DNA of 64,000 bases from a virus: the IMG/VR virus record IMGVR_UViG_3300033412_000010, positions 3,346 to 67,345 of that record; one strand, written 5' to 3'. Shown piece by piece: positions 9,196 to 17,845 of this stretch. Both the position numbers and the translations under genes were made by a program. The notes under the pieces are model-generated. The model did not search any database and had not been told where the DNA came from. It saw nothing but the letters and a program-made list of their open reading frames with translations. Within the stretch, counting starts at the first letter, position 1. Every line of letters begins with the position of its first letter.

Positions 9196-10167
9196 ATGAA
9201 ATGGCGACAAGTGGCGACGGCGTTTTGCATCTTGGCTCTATGCGTATCAGATGTCTTCGCAGGCAAGCCGACGATTCGAACGGATGAGTCGATCACGGCG
9301 GTCCTGGCTGGTGCGATCACAACGACGAACCCGACGTTCACGATCGACTATTACGATCTGAACAGCAGCAGCGATAAGAGTGCGGCCGGCTCATTGACAG
9401 GCGTCACCGTTAAAACGCTCTTGTCGGCAGGCGCTGCGCCTCTGACGGTGCAATCGATCTCAATCTGCAACATCGATACGGCGCCGGTGACAGTCACTGT
9501 GAAGCGCGTTGCGTCCGATACGACGGCAACAACGATGGCGATAGTGATACTCCAGGTGAACGACCTGTTGACGCTCAGTGAATCAGGGGTCAAGGTCACA
9601 GACTCTGCCGGGCAGGTCAAAAACGGCGGCGGGACGGCGGTTACTCCAACGTCGATCCCGGTCCACGAATGGCGCAAAACCGATGGCGTTACGGTCAATC
9701 CTGTCACTGCGGCCACGACTAATTTCGGGGTCGTGTACGGAACCGATGGGACTGATTTTCCGCATTTGGAAACGATCGATTCCAAGGCGGCGACAACGGC
9801 GGTTGTCTCACGAGTCGTCGTCAAGCTTCCAGCAAATTACGTCGCGGGTTCCGCGGTCACAATTCGAGCACGCTGCGGGATGAAAACGACGGTGGCCAGC
9901 AACACGGCGGCGACAACGATCGACTTCAACGCCTATTCAAATTTGGGAATTGCGAACACTGGTTCGGCTGACTTGGTCACGACAAGCGCGCAATCGATCA
10001 ACAGTTTGACTGCGGCCGATTATGACTTCGTCGTCACTCCGACGAACTTAGTTGCCGGTCAGGATCTGCATTTGAAAATGACTCTGACGGTCACAGACGC
10101 TGCGACGGGAACAGCGGTGATTGGAACAGTGAATCACGTCGAGATTTTGACGACGACATATCGATAG
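9196..10167 (+). CDS. Thr/Ala-rich beta-type protein with N-terminal signal peptide
   Basis: MKWRQVATAFCILALCVSDVFA signal-like start; GGGGAG RBS; followed by a terminator. Confidence 0.75.
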   Translation: MKWRQVATAFCILALCVSDVFAGKPTIRTDESITAVLAGAITTTNPTFTIDYYDLNSSSDKSAAGSLTGVTVKTLLSAGAAPLTVQSISICNIDTAPVTVTVKRVASDTTATTMAIVILQVNDLLTLSESGVKVTDSAGQVKNGGGTAVTPTSIPVHEWRKTDGVTVNPVTAATTNFGVVYGTDGTDFPHLETIDSKAATTAVVSRVVVKLPANYVAGSAVTIRARCGMKTTVASNTAATTIDFNAYSNLGIANTGSADLVTTSAQSINSLTAADYDFVVTPTNLVAGQDLHLKMTLTVTDAATGTAVIGTVNHVEILTTTYR

Positions 10168-10231
10168 TTCGCGCAACCTGCTGGTTCGCTTTCTGCGCGA
10201 TGCGGAGGCCCTGACGGGCTAGCGCGACGGG

Positions 10232-10259
10232 AAGGCCGGGTTCGTTGCCCGGCCTTTTT
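10232..10259 (+). terminator. intrinsic terminator
   Basis: AAGGCCGGG-loop-CCCGGCCTT plus T-run. Confidence 0.7.
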
Positions 10260-10286
10260 CATTCACTCTTGCGGGAGACGAAAGTC

Positions 10287-10589
10287 ATGTCTTGGTCAGT
10301 GCGATTGATTGGAACGCCGGAAGCGGTCGCTAAGGCGTTGGAAGAGGAAGAGGCTAAACTGTCAGGGCAAAGCCTGATCGAGTTCAGGGACGCGAAGCCA
10401 TCGCTCCAGATGTTGATTATGCAGAACTTCGACAACGCGCCCGGCGCGAAACCGCAGTTGTTGAAGCTGACTGCAAGCGGAAGTGGATATACGAAACAGG
10501 TCAGCGGGCCAAGCGGAGGCACGCAGGTTGAGCAGGTCAATCGCAGTTGCAACGTGTCGTTGGAATCGTTGGGAGCGGTCCTGACATAG
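10287..10589 (+). CDS. hypothetical protein
   Basis: MSWSVRLIGTPEAV...; GGGAG RBS. Confidence 0.7.
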   Translation: MSWSVRLIGTPEAVAKALEEEEAKLSGQSLIEFRDAKPSLQMLIMQNFDNAPGAKPQLLKLTASGSGYTKQVSGPSGGTQVEQVNRSCNVSLESLGAVLT

Positions 10590-10616
10590 CGCTGGCGGGA
10601 ACTGGCGAGCAGATCG

Positions 10617-10650
10617 AAAAGACGTCGGGAAACTGGCGTCTTTTTTCTTT
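10617..10650 (+). terminator. intrinsic terminator
   Basis: AAAAGACG...CGTCTTTTTTCTTT. Confidence 0.6.
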
Positions 10651-10683
10651 TAAATAAAATGTACAAATCCGAACGGATTACTG

Positions 10684-10774
10684 TTGCACTGCCGAATGGT
10701 CGATGGTATCTTTGTCTTATCAATCGCGGACGTCGCGATTATCTGAAAACCCTGGACGACAGGAAGGCCGACAA
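10684..10774 (+). promoter_or_regulatory. sigmaA-like promoter plus conserved hairpin leader (copy A)
   Basis: TTGCAC-N17-TATCTT, then TCGCGGACGTCGCGA (10724-10738); paralogous to 37633-37719. Confidence 0.65.
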
Positions 10775-10993
10775 ATGGCAAGCAGTTTCATTCGGGTGAC
10801 GTATTGGCGTGGAACTCGGCAGTGTGAAGGCCGGGCGACGACTTATCGCGGTGCGATGCGAATTGCCGCCCGCAACCAGAACGCCTATGGCCCGCAGTTC
10901 TATGCCGCCGATGGCGAAAAACTATTGGACGACGGGAACGGTCTGATGCGCGAGAGCGTTGCCGACTCCGGCAAGCTGGTGTACGAGTTCTGA
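10775..10993 (+). CDS. small hypothetical protein
   Basis: MASSFIRVTYWRG...; own promoter and AGGAAG RBS. Confidence 0.7.
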   Translation: MASSFIRVTYWRGTRQCEGRATTYRGAMRIAARNQNAYGPQFYAADGEKLLDDGNGLMRESVADSGKLVYEF

Positions 10994-11026
10994 GTTCACT
11001 GCGTCGAAATAGAAGGAATCTGACCA

Positions 11027-11251
11027 ATGTCTCTCAAAGCAATCGTCGAAATCACCGGCAGCGATCCGAATGGACTCCGCATAGAGTGCGAGCAATACTG
11101 CCGCGAATTCCTCGTGGGAGAACCTGACACGGTCGAACAGATCGAACTCGATGACATCGCAGATTACCTGTTGGAACAATATCTCGACGAAATTGATCGA
11201 GAAACGACCGGGGCGGACAGACTGTCGGTTTCCGTCGTCCATGAAGATTGA
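11027..11251 (+). CDS. acidic small hypothetical protein
   Basis: 74-aa ORF with GAAGGA RBS. Confidence 0.65.
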   Translation: MSLKAIVEITGSDPNGLRIECEQYCREFLVGEPDTVEQIELDDIADYLLEQYLDEIDRETTGADRLSVSVVHED

Positions 11252-11467
11252 ACGCAGCATTACTCGTAATCCATCAGAAGGCCACAAATCATGGAAGCAA
11301 TCCGATACCGTCACAGAGTCAATCACGCCTGGTCCGTCGCCGTCACAGCGGGCCGCTTCGGTGCCGACTCTCAATTCACAGTCTCAGGTGAGGGGAATCC
11401 AATCTGCGAATCAGGCTTGCTGCTGATGTCGCTCTCGATCGCGCCGGACGGTTGGGAAGAAATAGTT

Positions 11468-11493
11468 TGATCCGCCGGCCAAAGTCTTTCGTT
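11468..11493 (+). promoter_or_regulatory. TGATCC-N16-CGTT motif
   Basis: TGATCC 11468-11473, CGTT 11490-11493; only 11 nt before ATG 11505. Confidence 0.6.
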
Positions 11494-11504
11494 AGGGAGA
11501 AATC

Positions 11505-11819
11505 ATGTTGACATCGACCGCACGATTGAAGCATCCCGTCGCAGTTCCAAGTTTGAACCTGCTTTTTGTGAGTCCATCAAGGGCCGGGGAGTTCGGCGTT
11601 GAATTGGCCTTCAACTCGCCGAAGCTCTGGCAGGTCAGGACAGGTTTCATGCAGGGGACGATCATCAAGGAAACGGATCTTGACTTCTCAGTTGAGGCGA
11701 TCGAGGACGGAATGCGGCCTTGTTCTCAATGCGGGCGACTGTTCAAATCGTCGCATGCGTTCTCGCACTGCGAGGATCATCAGATGCAGTTCAATCCGTT
11801 GCTCTCAGTTGTGGAATGA
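11505..11819 (+). CDS. hypothetical protein with C-terminal CxxC..CxxH zinc finger
   Basis: CSQCGRLF...FSHCEDH; GGGAG RBS. Confidence 0.65.
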   Translation: MLTSTARLKHPVAVPSLNLLFVSPSRAGEFGVELAFNSPKLWQVRTGFMQGTIIKETDLDFSVEAIEDGMRPCSQCGRLFKSSHAFSHCEDHQMQFNPLLSVVE

Positions 11820-11823
11820 TCCA

Positions 11824-12114
11824 ATGTCGAAGCCAAAGGTTTCAGAAGAACAACGAGTGCAGGCAGCCTTCGACATCCTTCAGGACTGCGGTTGGATGCC
11901 GGTCGGCGTTGTCGCGTCAACCTCGTTCCCATCAAGCAGCGGGCGCCATCGATTTCAGAAAATGGACTGGTTCGCAACGGTCGGGCCGCGGACGGTGAAC
12001 TTCTACCGGAACGGCCGGCATCTCGGACCGCTCGATATGGTGCAAGTGAAGACTGCGGACGTTGACGGAATCAGGCGATTGGCAACCGAGAAGGGCCGAA
12101 GCGATACCGTGTAA
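11824..12114 (+). CDS. hypothetical protein
   Basis: MSKPKVSEEQRV...; follows the previous ORF by 4 nt. Confidence 0.6.
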   Translation: MSKPKVSEEQRVQAAFDILQDCGWMPVGVVASTSFPSSSGRHRFQKMDWFATVGPRTVNFYRNGRHLGPLDMVQVKTADVDGIRRLATEKGRSDTV

Positions 12115-12207
12115 GTTCCAACGGTTGAAGTTCAGACTCAATTCTGTAAAGTGGTGAGCGACCCTGCTAGGTCCATAAGACAAAACGAAAATGCCTTTGG
12201 GCATGCG

Positions 12208-12257
12208 CAGGGCGCGGCGAATCTCCTAGCAGGGTCAGCCGCGCCCTGTCGTTTTTT
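12208..12257 (+). terminator. terminator-like hairpin
   Basis: CAGGGCGCGG / CCGCGCCCTG followed by T6. Confidence 0.45.
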
Positions 12258-12269
12258 ATGGAGTCGATC

Positions 12270-12992
12270 ATGTCTGAACTGTCGTTGACGCTTGAGCAAT
12301 GTGAAGCGGAAATTGAAAAGGCACATGCTGCGATGCTGCCGCATTTCGTCACGGTCGGGATTCATTTGATGACGATTCGTGACAACGATCTCTACAAAAA
12401 GACGCACGAAACGTTCGAGGAATACGTCAAGGAGCGATGGAACTTTTCGAGGTCTCATGCCTACAACTTCATCTCCGGCGCGAAAGTCGTCGCGAATTTG
12501 TCCACCACTGAAGACAAAAAGTCACTCAGTAAATTATCAAGGCGTCAAGCTCTGGAGATAGGAAAAACGTCTGACGATCCAAAAATACAAACTGAGGTTT
12601 TCGATACGGCCCTGACCGTCGCGCCGGTTGAAGAAATGAATCCGGGCGTGATCCGAAAGGCAGCGGACATCGTTAAGAGGCCGCGGACCGTGCAAGACAT
12701 GCTTGCCGAGAAGCGGGCCTTGAATCAGCCGACAGCGGAAACAGTGGCTCTGGATGAAGCGGTGGAAGCATGCGTGAAGACGCTGAACAAACTCCGTCGG
12801 CAATTGGGTGATGCTAAAATCGCTTTGGCAGAGAAGATCAAAGCGGCTGGCTCAAAGATGGCGACTATGCAAAAACGGCTTGAACAAAAGTTGAACGCAG
12901 TCAGTGAGGATTCGGTCGATCTAATCGCGGCTCTGGCAGAGTTTGAGAAGTCCTGGAAGTCGAACCGTAAACAGGTCGACGATCTTCAATAG
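12270..12992 (+). CDS. DUF3102-like phage protein with C-terminal coiled coil
   Basis: VGIHLMTIRDNDLY...TFEEYVKERWNFSRSHAYNFISGAKV motif. Confidence 0.65.
   Translation: MSELSLTLEQCEAEIEKAHAAMLPHFVTVGIHLMTIRDNDLYKKTHETFEEYVKERWNFSRSHAYNFISGAKVVANLSTTEDKKSLSKLSRRQALEIGKTSDDPKIQTEVFDTALTVAPVEEMNPGVIRKAADIVKRPRTVQDMLAEKRALNQPTAETVALDEAVEACVKTLNKLRRQLGDAKIALAEKIKAAGSKMATMQKRLEQKLNAVSEDSVDLIAALAEFEKSWKSNRKQVDDLQ
12649..12674 (+). promoter_or_regulatory. TGATCC-N16-CGTT motif (intragenic)
   Basis: TGATCC 12649-12654, CGTT 12671-12674. Confidence 0.55.
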
Positions 12993-13001
12993 GGGAGAAT
13001 C

Positions 13002-13280
13002 ATGCCGAGATTTCATTTTACAATTCAAAGCACGGACAAAGATCCAGTGTGCCCGGAGAAAGGTCGATTCGACGTGACGGGCCATATTTGGGGCACGAGC
13101 GCTGATGAAGTCTCAAGGAAGTTAGCCTCATGTTGTGTTGCCGACGGGAATCATAGGATTGAGATCGAAGGGGAACGGAAAGGACGGAAGCCACAAACAT
13201 ACGTCTTCTCATGTTTCAATCCGGCGCCGGTGCGATCCCTGTTTGATCTGAAAAAGAAACCGCGAACGAAGTCGATTTAA
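13002..13280 (+). CDS. hypothetical protein
   Basis: 92-aa ORF with GGGGAG RBS. Confidence 0.65.
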   Translation: MPRFHFTIQSTDKDPVCPEKGRFDVTGHIWGTSADEVSRKLASCCVADGNHRIEIEGERKGRKPQTYVFSCFNPAPVRSLFDLKKKPRTKSI

Positions 13281-13318
13281 TCGCAATCATGGGAAGGCAC
13301 TAGAAAGCAGGTCGACGA

Positions 13319-13588
13319 ATGACGCGAAGATGCCCAAGCTGCAATTCATCTCGAATCGAATCCGACGGGGAGTACGTTGAGCCAATGCTGAATTCGGAGC
13401 TTGCTCCAGGCTTCGGAACGTATGTTCAATGGTTCACATGCACGGACTGCGGCCGACAGTGGAGCGATTCGCACGCAGAAGAATCCGGAGATGATGACTG
13501 CATTAGTTTTACGGCATTCTTCGCTGGAGCAGTTGTTATCTTAGCGCTCGTGGCTATGTCTCTAATGGTGCTTGTATATTTCGCATGA
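13319..13588 (+). CDS. zinc-ribbon protein with C-terminal transmembrane helix
   Basis: CPSC...CTDC plus hydrophobic FFAGAVVILALVAMSLMVLVYFA. Confidence 0.65.
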   Translation: MTRRCPSCNSSRIESDGEYVEPMLNSELAPGFGTYVQWFTCTDCGRQWSDSHAEESGDDDCISFTAFFAGAVVILALVAMSLMVLVYFA

Positions 13589-13632
13589 AAACATCAATTT
13601 CAAATAATTCCTGAAAATTCAGGATAAGTGTC

Positions 13633-13660
13633 TTGCCCCATAATTCAAGTTCGCTATTAT
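13633..13660 (+). promoter_or_regulatory. sigmaA-like promoter
   Basis: TTGCCC-N16-TATTAT in an AT-rich gap. Confidence 0.5.
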
Positions 13661-13707
13661 ATCCCCTGTTGCGAGTTCACCAGACACGAAAAACGGGAGA
13701 CAGGGAA

Positions 13708-13863
13708 ATGACGATCAACCAGAACAAAATGATCGCGATCAAGACGGAAATGAGAAAAGCCGAACAGGCGACACTGGCCATCGGCGGCAGCGTGGAAGCC
13801 TTGCAGGCGACCGAATGGTATCGCGACCGGGTCGCTCAGATCGAAGCGATCTACGCGGAGTAA
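13708..13863 (+). CDS. small hypothetical protein (51 aa)
   Basis: MTINQNKMIAIKTEMRK...; own promoter, RBS and terminator. Confidence 0.65.
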   Translation: MTINQNKMIAIKTEMRKAEQATLAIGGSVEALQATEWYRDRVAQIEAIYAE

Positions 13864-13879
13864 TCCAAGACGATGATTC

Positions 13880-13915
13880 AAGGCCGGGGACGACAAACCC
13901 GGCCTTTGTTTATTT
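13880..13915 (+). terminator. intrinsic terminator
   Basis: AAGGCCGGG / CCCGGCCTT followed by TGTTTATTT. Confidence 0.65.
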
Positions 13916-13929
13916 AGGGAGCATGGCCG

Positions 13930-14145
13930 ATGTCGAAAAACAAAAAGACGCCGGGGAATTTGGTCACAAAGCAAATCCCATTTCCAGCGAGTTGGCTTGA
14001 GCGAATCGACAAGGCGCGTGCTGAAGGCGAGTCTTTTTCGGCATTCGTGCGAAGGTGCGTTGCGGCAAACATCGATACCGCAGGTCTTGAGGAAGTGCGA
14101 TGGGGCGGCCCAAGAGAATCAGCAGGCCGCCCGGCGAATAAGTGA
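13930..14145 (+). CDS. ribbon-helix-helix (CopG-like) DNA-binding protein
   Basis: TKQIPFPASWLERIDKARAEGESFSAFVRRCV beta-alpha-alpha pattern. Confidence 0.65.
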   Translation: MSKNKKTPGNLVTKQIPFPASWLERIDKARAEGESFSAFVRRCVAANIDTAGLEEVRWGGPRESAGRPANK

Positions 14146-14189
14146 CGTTTGATTGTGTTGATGGGTTTCACTTTTTTGAAAGCAGAACT

Positions 14190-15176
14190 ATGTCGAGAAA
14201 ACTTGGAAGGCGTGCTCCGAAGAAATCGCCAGCACTGCGGTTCAGCCAATTCTGGAGCGGAGCCGTGCCGGACCATCCGGACGCCGTTGACTATTTGGCG
14301 CGGTTGCAGAACTGGCAGATGCTCGGGAACAATGACTTTGGCGATTGCGTCGCCGTTGCCGCGGCGAATCTGCGGCGCCTGATCTCGTCTCAGTTGGGGC
14401 TCGAAGACTACCCAACGCAGGACGAAGTCTTCGCGCTCTATCGGACGCAGAACCCGAACTTTCAGCCGAACCCAAATCGGCCGGTCGAGGACAACGGCAT
14501 GGATATTCAAACCATGCTTGAATACTGGCACGGGAACGAATGGAGCGGCACAAAAGTCGTTGCGTTCGCCGCGGTCGATCCGACGAACCTTGCTGAACTG
14601 AAGGCGGCAATTGCGATCTTCGGCGGCGTTCTCCCTGGGGTGTTGGTGACGCAGGCGAACGATCAAGAGTTCAGCAACGGCCAGCCGTGGGACTTCGTGA
14701 AGCGGTCCAGGACGCTCGGCGGGCACTGCATTCTCGGCGGCGGGTATCAGTCGACGACATCGGGGGCGATGCGCTTCATCACGTGGGCGAAGGAAACGCA
14801 GTTCACGGAAGCGTTCATCGCGCATCAGTTTGAAGAATGCTGGATTCCGATTTTCCCCGAACATCTCGGGACGAAGTCGTTTCAGCAGGGCGTTGATTTG
14901 CTGGCGCTGGCGGCGGCGTATCGGGACTTGACAGGGAAGCCATTGCCTGTCCCAACGCCGGTTCCGGTGCCTGATCCTGTACCGGTTCCTTCGGGCGCAT
15001 GGGTGATCGAGTCACAGACTGATTCTCAAATCGTGCTCAACAGAATTCCGGCGCCGTCTGGAATGGGTGAGGAGTCCGTTCAGTGCGGGCTCTCGCCGAA
15101 CAGCGAATCGGCAGGCGTTCGGAATTATCCAGCGTTTCCGCGTGGCCGGGCCGGAGATGACTATCGGCGCTCGTGA
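14190..15176 (+). CDS. papain-like (C1-type) cysteine peptidase with Pro/Val linker
   Basis: MLGNNDFGDCVAVA (Cys), LGGHCILGGGY (His), FITWAKE; PVPTPVPVPDP linker. Confidence 0.7.
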   Translation: MSRKLGRRAPKKSPALRFSQFWSGAVPDHPDAVDYLARLQNWQMLGNNDFGDCVAVAAANLRRLISSQLGLEDYPTQDEVFALYRTQNPNFQPNPNRPVEDNGMDIQTMLEYWHGNEWSGTKVVAFAAVDPTNLAELKAAIAIFGGVLPGVLVTQANDQEFSNGQPWDFVKRSRTLGGHCILGGGYQSTTSGAMRFITWAKETQFTEAFIAHQFEECWIPIFPEHLGTKSFQQGVDLLALAAAYRDLTGKPLPVPTPVPVPDPVPVPSGAWVIESQTDSQIVLNRIPAPSGMGEESVQCGLSPNSESAGVRNYPAFPRGRAGDDYRRS

Positions 15177-15394
15177 TCCGAAAGGCGCTGACTACTTGGC
15201 TCATTATGACTCGACCGTCCCGCAAGGGCGAACACTCATGGATAAGACGGGGAGCGAGGCCAGCGCGCGGCGTGCAGGGGCTGGACACAGAAGATCGATC
15301 CTGTGAGCGACAAAATCAGCAAGACCAAAGCCGCCAGAAAGTCGAACGGTAATGAGCCAAGTAAGTCGGTGAACCGCAATAACCGTGGTTCGGC

Positions 15395-15432
15395 GTCCGG
15401 GTGGGAAACTGCCCGGACATGACTTTTCTTTT
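15395..15432 (+). terminator. terminator-like hairpin
   Basis: GTCCGGG / CCCGGAC followed by a T-rich tract. Confidence 0.4.
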
Positions 15433-15660
15433 CGGAGTGATGATGTCAACTAAATATCGCGGAACAGGAAGTAACGAAGATGTTCTTATCGACGGCAACC
15501 CGGTCACGATCATCAATTTAACCGTGCCGTGGGTGCAGTGCTGTTTGTGCGGGATCGACTGTCCATCAACGCACGGTGTTCCGGTTTCCGGCCTTTTTCA
15601 TTTCCAAGCGGCGAAATAGAATCCCTGTTGAAACAATTCGTCCCCCTGGAGATTCAGATC

Positions 15661-15783
15661 ATGGAAAAAGCAATTGCTGACGTTCTGTTCGGTTTCTTCT
15701 TCGGCCTCGGTTTCGCGCTGGCCGGCGCGGTGATTTCGTTTATCGGAGCGATCATCAGCCGCGGGTATCCGCCGAGAACATGA
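15661..15783 (+). CDS. small single-pass membrane protein (40 aa)
   Basis: MEKAIADVLFGFFFGLGFALAGAVISFIGAII; GGAG RBS. Confidence 0.55.
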   Translation: MEKAIADVLFGFFFGLGFALAGAVISFIGAIISRGYPPRT

Positions 15784-15867
15784 CGGCGCGTCCGGCGTTG
15801 TGTTTTCCAATACGCCAAAAGAGGTTAAGCTATTCGCGAAGGCACACAACCTTTGCGGGGCGCGACG

Positions 15868-16083
15868 ATGGTCGGAATTCAATGTCCAAAATGCGGGGGC
15901 CGGGCGAGAGACGTGCGAGACACGGATCCGCTTGAATCGTCCATTCGTCGCTATCGAATCTGCACCTGCGGGCGCTCGGTCTCGACAACTGAAGTCCCGA
16001 CATCCTATCTCAAGAATCTGATCCGCCTGGCAAATGGAATCGGCAACGGTTCTGGCGTGAGCGTTGGAAGCGGCCAGCGCTGA
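15868..16083 (+). CDS. NrdR-N/Ogr-like zinc-ribbon protein, possible late regulator
   Basis: CPKCGG..RDVRDT....IRRYRICTCGRSVSTTEV. Confidence 0.65.
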   Translation: MVGIQCPKCGGRARDVRDTDPLESSIRRYRICTCGRSVSTTEVPTSYLKNLIRLANGIGNGSGVSVGSGQR

Positions 16084-16197
16084 ACGTTCCAAGGCGTAGG
16101 ATTGGTTCTTTCAGAAAACGCATCTGTGCGCGTTCTGCGCTTGCTGGCCTTCGTTTGGCGCGTATCCTCTCCCGCAATGGCTCAGGGAGTGGATCGG

Positions 16198-17706
16198 ATG
16201 CCAACTGCGGAACGACGACGACTGAAGCGGCAAAACAAGCGCGACGAAAAGCGTGCGATCAAGCTGCATTCAACGGTCGCCGTCGGGCATCGCATGCCGA
16301 CTCCGGAACCGCCCGACTTCGGTCCGCCAAAATGGACGCCTGAAGAACAGGCCGCGAATCCGGATAAGCCGATGACGCGGGTCATCAAGGACGTCTTGCG
16401 AGAGGGGCGGTGGAAAGAGGGATTCGACGAACTCGGGCGGCCGATATTTGGCGATTACACGCCGGAAGAACTCGGCATCATTTTGAATAACGCCATCGCC
16501 ATGATGAATGACGGTGAGGCGATTAACTATGGAAAGTCGCACGGCGACGATCAACTCATCATCCCGACGGACGAATTGATTTCTCCAGTCGATGACATTC
16601 GTCTGGCCAATGGTGTGATTTGGACTTCAACCTATGTCACTCCGGCGCAGGCTGCATATCTGCTGAATCCGGCGATGAAAGTTTCTGCCGGTCTCCACCG
16701 GGATTATTTGGCCGGGAGCGGAAAAGTTTACAAGGGCCGCACGATGCTGCATGTTGCAGTAACGGATCGGCCATCGGTCGGGCGACAGGGCCCGTTCATG
16801 TTGTTGTCGAATTATGTCGCGCTCGGGACGTGGGAATCGACGAAGAAACCAGTTGAAGTTCCCAAGCCCGAAGTGAAACCGGATGCCGCAAGTTCAAAAG
16901 TCGCTCCGGTTGCGAAGCCAGCAAAGGTCATCGCGAGGCCAGTCCGGAAGTTCGCGAAACGGAAGTTCATTCGTCCGAAGTTTAAGTTCAAAAGTCGGAT
17001 GCGACCTATCGCATTGGCAAACAATCTCCAGGGGGGACTTTCGATGGATCCGACCATTCTCGAAGCGATCAATTTTTTCCTGCAGCAACTCGGCATTGAA
17101 CCGATCCCCGATGGGATGCCACCGGAACAGGTAGGCCCGCTTCTCAAAGGTATTGCGATGGCATTGGGCGCATCGTCTGCGGAAGAAACCGCTGAAGGTG
17201 AAGCGAACGGCGCCGGAACTGGAACCGCCGCCGACTTGGGGCTTCCCGGCGCTGGCGGCGCGGCTCCAGCACCGATGGCGATGGCGAATCTGCTGAAGCA
17301 GGTTGACAAGCGCATTGCCGACGGAATCACAGCGGGGCTGAAACCGATGCAGGATGGAATCAACGCTTTGACTGCAGCTGTCAGCGGCAAACAAGCCATC
17401 GAGGTCAACGACAAAAAGGCCAAGTACATTGCTTTCCGCAATGCGCTCGGCAAGGCTGGCGTGACCGAAGCGGTCCTGGCGACAAAGGATAAGTTCGCAG
17501 AAAAAACCGACTGGGACACGGACATCCTGGAAGGGTTGCATCCGACGATCAAGCTGTCGAACTTTGTCAGCGCGGCCGGCGCGACGGAAACGAAGCCCGA
17601 AGACAAGCCGGCGAACGCTCCATTGTCCGACGAAGAAGTTCAGGCGCGAATCATCGCCCGGGGCGGCAATCCAGCGAATATGCCCGGGTACAAGGCCAAG
17701 GTTTGA
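16198..17706 (+). CDS. Mu gpI-like prohead protease with C-terminal scaffold domain
   Basis: Upstream of decoration and capsid genes; KVSAGL...LHVAVTDRPSV motif; Ala/charged scaffold-like C-terminus. Confidence 0.75.
   Translation: MPTAERRRLKRQNKRDEKRAIKLHSTVAVGHRMPTPEPPDFGPPKWTPEEQAANPDKPMTRVIKDVLREGRWKEGFDELGRPIFGDYTPEELGIILNNAIAMMNDGEAINYGKSHGDDQLIIPTDELISPVDDIRLANGVIWTSTYVTPAQAAYLLNPAMKVSAGLHRDYLAGSGKVYKGRTMLHVAVTDRPSVGRQGPFMLLSNYVALGTWESTKKPVEVPKPEVKPDAASSKVAPVAKPAKVIARPVRKFAKRKFIRPKFKFKSRMRPIALANNLQGGLSMDPTILEAINFFLQQLGIEPIPDGMPPEQVGPLLKGIAMALGASSAEETAEGEANGAGTGTAADLGLPGAGGAAPAPMAMANLLKQVDKRIADGITAGLKPMQDGINALTAAVSGKQAIEVNDKKAKYIAFRNALGKAGVTEAVLATKDKFAEKTDWDTDILEGLHPTIKLSNFVSAAGATETKPEDKPANAPLSDEEVQARIIARGGNPANMPGYKAKV
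17044..17706 (+). CDS. putative scaffolding protein from internal in-frame start
   Basis: GGGGGGA RBS 17031-17037 before in-frame ATG (MDPTILEAINFF). Confidence 0.5.
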   Translation: MDPTILEAINFFLQQLGIEPIPDGMPPEQVGPLLKGIAMALGASSAEETAEGEANGAGTGTAADLGLPGAGGAAPAPMAMANLLKQVDKRIADGITAGLKPMQDGINALTAAVSGKQAIEVNDKKAKYIAFRNALGKAGVTEAVLATKDKFAEKTDWDTDILEGLHPTIKLSNFVSAAGATETKPEDKPANAPLSDEEVQARIIARGGNPANMPGYKAKV

Positions 17707-17845
17707 GGATGTCAGGCCGTGCGGTTTAGTCGCGGCCTTTGAATCGCGAAAACGCAGGCTAATTACCGGCGTGATTCCCGCATCATCGTGGCAAGGGCCG
17801 CGACTTAATCCGCACGAGAGTTTTCCTTGAGGAGGTCGATAGATC

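Noticed and set aside
15067-15660. Short ORFs (15067-15306, 15401-15619 and others) after the peptidase
   Set aside because: No clear RBS or motifs; possibly gene remnants, but unsupported.
9132-17783. Shared 12-mer TGATTCCCGCAT upstream of genes at 9196 and 17846
   Set aside because: Only two copies with no consistent second element; chance cannot be excluded.
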